Source: Peribolospora baueri
Lineage: Eukaryota
Direction of reading: 5' to 3'
DNA: 29,606 nucleotides
Assembly (NCBI GenBank): GCA_029717555.1
Contig: JAMDHS010000081.1
Span: 62,001-91,606 of the forward strand
Shown here: one piece after another, positions 22,158-29,606 of the stretch
How positions within the stretch are numbered: the stretch's first letter is position 1
Layout of the letters: each line of letters starts with the position of its first letter
Program-made: the position numbers and the translations under genes
Notes under the pieces: model-generated
Told to the model about the DNA's origin: nothing
Databases searched by the model: none
What the model saw: the letters and a program-made list of their open reading frames with translations, nothing else

Positions 22158-23571
22158 ATGTCAGCCCCGACAAAAGTCGTCATCCGCGAGGTCGTGCCAA
22201 GCCGCATCTGGACCTTCTCCGTGCCGTTCTTTCGTTTCGTGCGTGCTTTTTTTTTTTCCTGCGCGTCCGTGAGCGTTTACCTCGGGTCCAAGGCGGCATT
22301 GACGGGCGTGCGCTTTTCTTTACTCTCTCTCACGCCCCTTTTTATTCCACCCCGCGATCACTGACGACAGGGCTTCATCCCCTTCGGAGGTAGGAGCACG
22401 GCCGTCAAGCTCGAAAGTGGCGACGTGTGGCTCGTTGCCAGCAGCCCGCTCACCAAGGAGACCAAGGAGAAACTCAAAGATATCGGGGAGATCAAGTGAG
22501 CTCTCCCTACATCTCTCCCATCTGTGCTGGATGAATTTGGTCGGCGCTGGTCGAATCGCTGACCGCTCGTCAGCTTTCTTGCGTCGTCATTACAGGTATC
22601 TGATCGCCATAGACAACGTGCGTCGCGGCAGACCTGCCCCTTGTCTAGCCTCTTCATCTCCCCACTCACTCACGTGCTTTGCTTTTGGCCCCCGCTCTCG
22701 CCCCTTCTATGCTTGCCATTAATATCCAAAGGTGCACCACCTCTTCATCGGAGACTACGCCAAAGAATGGCCCTCAGCCCAAGTCATTGGCGTCAAGGAT
22801 CTCCTCGAAAAGCGCAAAGACATCAAATGGACTGGAGCCTATGGCGCCGATCCGCCTGACAAGACGTACGGCTTCGAGTCCGAAATCAAGGCCAGGCTCT
22901 TCGCGGGGTTTGTTAATCAGGTAAGGGTTCGCAAGGAATGAATTGGGCTGGAATCTCAGATAAGCTGGACGAATTTCCGAAGCACGCCGGCTCGTGTACA
23001 TGAGCAAGACGAATAGGGGTTCTTTGCTCACTCTTATCCTTCTCCCGTATACCTCCCCGCGCCTGCTCCAACAACAGGACGTAGCCTTCCTCCACATCCC
23101 CACCAAAACCCTCATCGAGGCAGACCTCCTCTTCAACCTCCCCGCAAACGAGCAGTTCGCGGGAAGCAGTCCTAATGGGTGGCTTCCTCCCTTCTTCGTA
23201 AAAATGCTTCGGCCTTCGTCTAGCTTCCATAAGGTGTGTCTCGCGTTTGCGGGCAAGTCCATTTCCGGGTTTTCCGGCCCTGATCAAGCTTTGGGTTGCG
23301 CGTTGCAGAAATTCGTCACGTTCGTCGCGAAGGACAAGGAGTGAGTCCTCCTTGGTTATTCCGCGGCACGCCGGTGACTGTATGCTGTTCTGACCCCACT
23401 TTTGTCTCTCCCTCTACAATTCATCTCTCCAACCCAAGAGCAATGTCCCGCGACGCAAAAGCCGTCGCCGCCTGGGACTTTGACCGCATCATCCCTTGCC
23501 ACGGCGACGTTATCGAGACAGGTGGCAAGGAGGCTTGGCTGAGCGCCTATTCTGAGCTTTTGCAGGGGTGA
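22158..23571 (+). CDS. Conserved fungal DUF4336 / metallo-beta-lactamase-fold-like protein, about 245 aa, function unknown
   Basis: Exons 22158-22238, 22371-22495, 22596-22617, 22732-22920, 23078-23233, 23309-23340, 23439-23571 sum to 738 nt. Motifs: IWTFSVPFFRFG..FGGRSTAVKL, YLIAIDNVHHLF, FLHIPTKTLIEADLLFNLP and WDFDRIIPCHGDVIE. The family is assigned from recalled motif similarity, not a search. Confidence 0.8.
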
Positions 23572-24564
23572 AGGGGAATGATTGGAGAATGTGAGATCTG
23601 GAACCGGCGTTCTATCTTCGCTCCGTCGTCATCTCGGTCGCCCTTTTATCTGCTTCCTGCTCTGCCCGTCTTGCCGGGCGGCTTCATTTCATGTATCCCG
23701 CTCTATTTCTGGTGCGCCCTTCCTTCCTCGTCTTGCTCGCCTTCCTGCCCAGCCTACGTCTTGCTTGCTGTAACTCTCGCTCGTAACTGCTCGTAGTTCC
23801 TCTCTTTCGCAATCTCTTCGCTGACCGATCTGCGCGTGCATTGGCGGCTCGAGACACATTCCACTACGGTGAACAGGACAGCCACGGTCGACTTCCCACG
23901 GCCGAGGTAGATAACTGACGGACGTTCTTACTACGTCTTGTTAAGTATCACGCCTGCTCGGCATGCTCGCCGACCTATGCCTTGTTTGCTATCCTGTGTG
24001 GCCAGCTGCAGCCGGAGCTAGATCGCTGGAAATTTATAACCGGAATTGTCTAGTGCGATTTTATCTCTCCCGTCCACCTATCTGTCTGCGTGCGTACTTC
24101 CAGGATCGCTCATCATTCTGTTTTATTGATTTATTTTTAAATTTTTTTTGGTTCGGTTCGACCGCGTCGAAATTTAGTCTTGCTGTTCCTGCCCCGCATC
24201 GACCCCGCCGGGGCCCGGTCGCGTCTCCCTTTCCTCCTCCGACGGGCTTTTCATCAACTCTTCCATGCAGAATTCCTTTGTTAGTGGATGAAGAGATGGG
24301 ACCGCACCCCAAGGAGGACGAAGGCAAAGAGAGACGGAGGCGACCAAGCCGGAAGGTCCGCGCTCGCATTCCGTCCATTGCAAGTGGCGTTCGGATGCTT
24401 TGAGCCCTTTCTTTCGTTTGGCTGTTCTCCCACGCCCCCGCAGATAGGCCTACATAACCACGTTCCATCCTGTACAGATAAACATCGGACGATTAAACAA
24501 GAAGGAAGTAGAAGATGGACGAATGGGTAGGTAAAGTTTGCGATACAGTCTAGTTTCTCCACCC

Positions 24565-25994
24565 TCAGTGCTCCTTGGCCTCCCGGGCTCGCGCGCGTTC
24601 GGCGAGATCGACGCCAGCAAGGACCTGGGAAGTGGGAGAGGCGCGCGAGGAGGAGAGAGGGGAAAGTGTCAAATTTGGATCAGCATTCGCGTTCGCACCG
24701 AATCGACCAAAGAGTGACCTACAAGGTGAAAGGCACACTCACTTTTGCGGCCTTCCAGAACTGAACGCAGTTGATGATCTGCTTAACGGCCATGATTGGG
24801 AAGGTGACGGCGGCCAAGAGCTGTGGCCAAGTAAGGAGCTGGACAAACGTAACAGCCTTAGCCATCCACGGATCGGTGAAGAGGTAGGTGCCGAGGGAAA
24901 CGCTCAATTGGGATGGGAGATAAGCGAGCAGAGGGGCAATAGAGATGCCGATGGGGTGGGACACGTATTTCATGAGATAAAGCGCTACGAAAAAGATCTC
25001 ATTGCCAGCGCAGAAGGTGAAGAGGGTGCGCTGAACCGGGATTGCAGGGACGGGAACGAAAAGAAGTGGGATTTCGGTGAGCAAACGCTCAGAAGGGAAA
25101 GGAGAGAGCAGGCATACGCACGTTGTCATTGTAGTAGTACCACAAGATTCGGCTCACGTCACTCGTCACGAGCTTGTGGCTGGTGGCTCCGGTGATGAGG
25201 GAGCTGAGGAGGAAGGCAGGGCGGGCCCGCGAGCAGGCAATGAGTCAGGAATGACGGTTAATTCCAGCAGGAGCAAAGGACAGAAGAGAGATCAAACGGC
25301 GAAGTCATGGCAAATACTCACCTGTACATGTGAATGTAGTGGCTGCTGAAGTCGAGGGTGATGAGGAACTGGAAGAGTATTGCCAAGGAGGGGTAGGCGG
25401 CGGCTAGGAAACAAAGCAGGCAAGAGGTTGTGCACCTGATCGACAGACGGATGTGGAAGGTGAGTATGAATGTTTCAAGCATGAAGGAGCATTTATATCA
25501 ACAGCACTACCCACCTGTCGGTGACCATATCCAGCACAGCGCCAAACTTGCTTGTCTGGCCCAATGCCCGCGCGGCCAAGCCGTCGAACGCGTCCAACAG
25601 GCAGGAGAGGCAGTACAGCGGAGTACACATTTTCGGGTGCTCCGGCATGTAGTAGAGCGATAAAGCTGCGAGGATGATTCGGACATAGCCTGGCGGATCG
25701 GATCGTTCAAAGACGGTCGCAAGACGCGACGCAAAAAGGATGGATGGTGTCGGTGACGAAGGTGCGAGACGAAGTCAAGTTCCACTCCACCCAGATAAGT
25801 TGCTGTTCTCCCGCTCTTCGTCCAAAAACTTCCGACTCATCACCACGCAACGCGAACGCACCGATGATGTTAGGAGCGAACAAGAAGACGTTTTCATGTT
25901 GCGCGTTGGCGAGGTCGATGGCGGCCTGCGCGTCAACGATATCCGTGCGCTGGTCGCGCCGGATCACGTCGGAGGACTTGGGTTTGCGTGGCAT
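24565..25994 (-). CDS. PIS1: CDP-diacylglycerol--inositol 3-phosphatidyltransferase (phosphatidylinositol synthase), about 283 aa
   Basis: Exons 25994-25862, 25689-25515, 25435-25322, 25203-25122, 25030-24743, 24624-24565. Motifs: ENVFLFAPNIIGYVR, the CDP-alcohol phosphotransferase motif LDAFDGLAARALGQTSKFGAVLDMVTDR, LDFSSHYIHMY, SHK, LFTFCAGNEIFF and KQIINCVQ. Confidence 0.96.
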
Positions 25995-26424
25995 TGGACG
26001 CGAGGTGACGAGGGTATGTAAGTACGAGTGAGGGGAAAAGGAAAAAAAGGGTGAGGAACGGAGAGATGGTGGTGGTGGATGCGAGCCTAGGTGCGAGTCG
26101 TGCGTGAGGTGCGAGTCGTGCGTGCAGACGACTTCAGGTCTTGACGAGAATTATAGAAATCATCGATCGTGCCCGTCATCGCCCGGACTTAAGCGGGGCT
26201 GTCAGTCGGCCCGATCGGCCAACGTCTGAAAAGGCGGCGGTGAAGGCGGTGAAAGCTCTGGCTGGTCGAGGAAAAGGCCGAAGTGATGGTGTGCACGCAT
26301 ACATAGGGATGGGGACCGCACGCATACATAGGAATGGAGACTGCCACTTCTCGTCTCGCTTTGAAATGGTAGAAGGAGATGGAAGTGTTGACTTGCCGTG
26401 CTTCTTCTATCCCAGGCGAACAAG

Positions 26425-26456
26425 ACGCGTCAGTCTTTGGCGGCGCGTCTCCGCGT
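26425..26456. promoter_or_regulatory. Cluster of MCB-like CGCGT elements upstream of ORC3
   Basis: ACGCGT at 26425-26430, GCGCGT at 26443-26448 and CCGCGT at 26451-26456, 130-160 nt upstream of the ORC3 ATG. Confidence 0.45.
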
Positions 26457-26583
26457 AGATTAAAGACCGACCGGACGACGGACGGGTCAGTCGTGGAATG
26501 TTCCTTATCACCGATTGACAGCACGCTCCACCACCCTCCAGCCTGAGACAAGCTCCTTGGGTCTCGCAGACGGATGAGCGAGC

Positions 26584-29533
26584 ATGACTCAAGAGCAGTT
26601 TGAGTCGCTCAGCCAAGTGCGTGCGCATTCCTCCATAGTCGCGCAGGGGCGCGAAATGAAATACTGACACCACGAGTCGTTCGTCATGCTCGGATGCAGG
26701 GATGCTTCTTCCTACCTCGGATCGATGACACCATTGAAGAGAGTGAAGGTAGGCAGGCGCTCTCTTTTCTCTAGTACTTTACTCGTCGTTATCACATTCG
26801 TCTCAACACACTCTCTCCTCTTTCCACACTGCAGCCGAAGGCGACGCCCTCGTCTCTGACGCTTCGGCTTCAACCTCGGTCGCCTTCGACTGCGGGGGGT
26901 TCGTTAGGCTGGAAGACACCGAGCTGGATGACGAAGGTCGGAGATGGAGGTGCTTACTGTACGAAAAGTGCTGGGATCGATGTGCGAACCGGATCGAGGT
27001 GAGTCAACTCGTTGGCCCTCAGCGTTGGCGCCAAGGCGATGCGAGGAAGACCGCACGGGGCACGATCCGGGCCCGTCACTGTTCTGACAGGACGACACAT
27101 TTTACGTCGTCGCTTTATTCCAGGAAGTTTCTCAAGAACTCAACGAGGACTTTTCAAAGAACGTGCTGGACTTTGTCTCCCACGCTTATGAACCCATCCC
27201 CGAATTGGAGGACGTCGTCCTCCCATACCATGAGATCCCTACCGGATTGCTGTTAGGTGGGACTCCAGCTATCTCTGAGTTGTCCTACAAGGTTTGTCTG
27301 ACATTCCCCACACCTGATGATGCGGATGGACGTCCTAGGCGCAGGGAACACCTCGCCGACCATCCAGCTCCTCGTCTCCCGCCTCACCTCGCTTTCTGGA
27401 ACGACGACGAGTCCGGTTAAAGTGGCACGATTGACCAGCAAAGAGTGCTCGAGCTTAAAGAGTGCTTTGAGAGCTGTCATTGCAAAGCTCGTAGGGGATG
27501 AGGTACAGGTGGGTGCGAGTCCGCGGAGGAGCAGACGGCGGGGAGGGGGGCTCAACCTTGGCGTGCCCCAGTTGAAAAGTTTGAGCGTGGGCGCATGTGC
27601 TGACATGTTCCGAATGCACTACATAGCGCATTTCCAGAGCGTCATTCCTAGCTCCCGAGGACACGCACATCTTTGAAGTATGGTACCGATCTTTTAAGGG
27701 TAAGGCAGATTTTTCAAATTGTAGACTCTCAAGTAGGGAGCGATGACGTTGACCGTTCAGCTTTCCGTCTTGTCAATCTCATCTCGTCCTAGGCTCGTCG
27801 AAGCGACCAAAGCCCGTAATAGTTATTGAAGACTTTGAGGCGTTCGACTCCTGCGTTTTGCAAGATCTTATTCAGTCCATCAGGTAGGGCGAGCAAGTCC
27901 TCTTCATAATTCACCATATCGACTGCGACTGAGATGGACGTTTGACTGAGCTAAGCCCTTCTCTCCTTTCATGTCAACCGGCCCGGTCCTCTCTGCATTC
28001 TCAGTTCTCTCGTTCCCAGTCTTCCCTTCGTTCTCCTCCTTGGCATCACCACCTCGGCCGATGCTCTGCACACTATGCTCCCTCATCAATCACTCGTACG
28101 ATTAGGCATCCAGCGCTTCGAGGTTCGCAGTGGCAAGACCATGTTTGATGGGATCATGAAGGCAGTGAGTGGTATCGCCTCTAGTCTTCCGTTTCTCGTT
28201 TCACGCAACTTCTTCTTTGGCTAAGACGATACGGCGGTTCGTTGATCCTCGCGCGGGTGGTCTCGTCCTCCTGTCAGATGTTCTTCGATACGCACTGGCA
28301 ACCGGACGTCTTCATTGGCCCAGAAACGTTTGGCTTTCTCCGGCAGCGCTTTTTTGAGCACGACGGCTCTGTCGATGCGCTTGTTTCCGGTCTACAAGTG
28401 AGTTTGTCATTTGCGTTCATCCCGTGGCTGTCTCTTTCTGCGCCCTTTATTCGGAGCACTTATTCGTCTTTTGTACCTATTCGGAGCACTTATTCGTCTT
28501 TTGTACCTTCTTGTCCTGGTATCGTTTTCCTGCCTCTGCGCCTCCAGCTCGTCTACCTGCACCACTTCCTCTCCCGGCCTCTTTCCATCTTCACCTCTCC
28601 GTCCACCTCCCTACCCGTCATCCAAAACCACCCGAAGAGCTTTTCCCCGGAGCTCTACACTCGTTTGCGGCTCGGACTCGTCGACGTCAGCTCAGATACC
28701 GGTGTGCAGACGGGCCTACCGCTATCTGACCGGAGGCAGTCAGATGAGCCGGTCAAGGTGCGGATCCCGGCATTTTTGGATGTCTTCGGCGATGACGATG
28801 ATGAAAAGGATGTCGAAGGTCAAGAGGAAGGTGGAGAAAAAGGGGCTGTCGCTCGAGCTAACGGCGCCGAGCCGACTTCGACCTCGACCCCTGCCGGTTC
28901 TCCATCAACCCTTCTTACTCGTCTACTCGCCTCTGACGCCGCCCTCATCGGCCACCTTCCCGCCTTCTGCTCTGCCGTCGCCCTCCACGCCCGCCGAAGG
29001 GCCTTGGCCATGGACCTGTTGGAGCTTGCACAGGATTACCTGCGCACGGCGCCGTCCCTTTCCGCAGTGAGCGGAGCGTTTGGGAGAGGGTTGAGGAGGA
29101 CTAGCGAGGAGCTTATGGCAGTGGCTTTGAGGGGGAGATTGGGCGAGACGATTGTGGCGCGGGTGGGGGAGGCGGTAAGGTGAGTGTGGCGCTTTCGTTC
29201 GCCTTGATCCGCGTTGGATATGAGCGGGTTACGTGAGTGTGGGCTGTTTTGGTCAGCTGACATCGGCTGCGTGCTTCCATCATCGTTCGACATGCGAACT
29301 GCCTACAGGAAGTTGTCATCGGACGATTCCCGGCGCCTGGCCGAACTGGTGACCGCATGGCTACACCAGCAGGAGTCTGTGTCATCAGAAGACTTGGGCA
29401 TGAAGGCCATCGTGCGCCGATCTTTGAAAACGCGTTGGGCGGAAGTGGAGCAAAGGTTGGGGTTGACCGAGGCAGATGGGACTGCTCCGTCGACGGTCGA
29501 AAACGTCGCCCAGTCCTTTCTGGATATGTTGGG
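26584..29533 (+). CDS. ORC3: Origin recognition complex subunit 3; continues beyond the window end
   Basis: Exons 26584-26616, 26700-26748, 26835-26998, 27124-27256, 27339-~27502/27586 (donor ambiguous), ~27627-27699, 27793-27883, 28005-28164, 28278-28397, 28548-29179, 29309-29533. Motifs: GCFFLP near the N-terminus, YEKCWDRCANRIE, EIPTGLL, IVIEDFEAFDSCVLQDLI, LPFVLLLGITTS and RFFEHDGSVDALVSGLQLVYLHHFLSRPLS, matching the ORC3 N-terminal AAA+-like region. Confidence 0.9.
28448..28507 (+). repeat. Perfect 30-bp tandem duplication inside an ORC3 intron
   Basis: TATTCGGAGCACTTATTCGTCTTTTGTACC x2. Confidence 0.95.
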
Positions 29534-29606
29534 GTGAGTTGGAGAGCTCTATCGTTCCTATCTACCGCAGAGAGAGCTCGGAAGATGATATTGAAGATGA
29601 AAAAAA

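Noticed and set aside
2958..28507. Repeats as a CRISPR array or transposon termini
   Set aside because: Eukaryotic context; the repeats are spacer-less tandem units, and no transposase, RT, TIR or LTR pair was seen.
1103..28547. Several 3n stop-free introns (DUG1 1103-1204 and 1766-1864, GCV2 12106-12204, TBC 16128-16214, DUF4336 23234-23308, ORC3 28398-28547) as a general signal
   Set aside because: About six among roughly sixty short GC-rich introns is compatible with chance.

Overview
This is eukaryotic, intron-rich, GC-rich fungal DNA. Short GT-AG introns (GTGAG/GTGCG donors, CTRAC-like branch points) and the protein motifs suggest a basidiomycete yeast; the lineage call is inference. 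I spliced ten protein-coding genes by hand. In order they are: 5'-truncated DUG1/CNDP2-type M20 dipeptidase (+), a Zn(II)2Cys6 transcription factor (-), cytosolic seryl-tRNA synthetase (-), PHP-family histidinol-phosphatase HIS2 (+), glycine decarboxylase P protein GCV2 (-), a TBC/Rab-GAP (-), an HLJ1/DNAJB12-like J protein (-), a DUF4336/MBL-fold-like protein (+), phosphatidylinositol synthase PIS1 (-) and 3'-truncated ORC3 (+). I saw no mobile element, CRISPR array, tRNA or rRNA. Most of the window is ordinary housekeeping DNA and I cannot support a clearly novel system. The best leads are: a frame-preserving 15-nt microexon carrying one zinc-ligand Cys of the transcription factor; a run of amino-acid-metabolism genes with a compact SES1/HIS2 bidirectional promoter (inverted TGACTC pair, duplicated GATAA); competing splice acceptors and an upstream ATG at HIS2; an orphan ORF with a signal-peptide-like start at 18590-19432; and recurrent 17-30 bp tandem microduplications.
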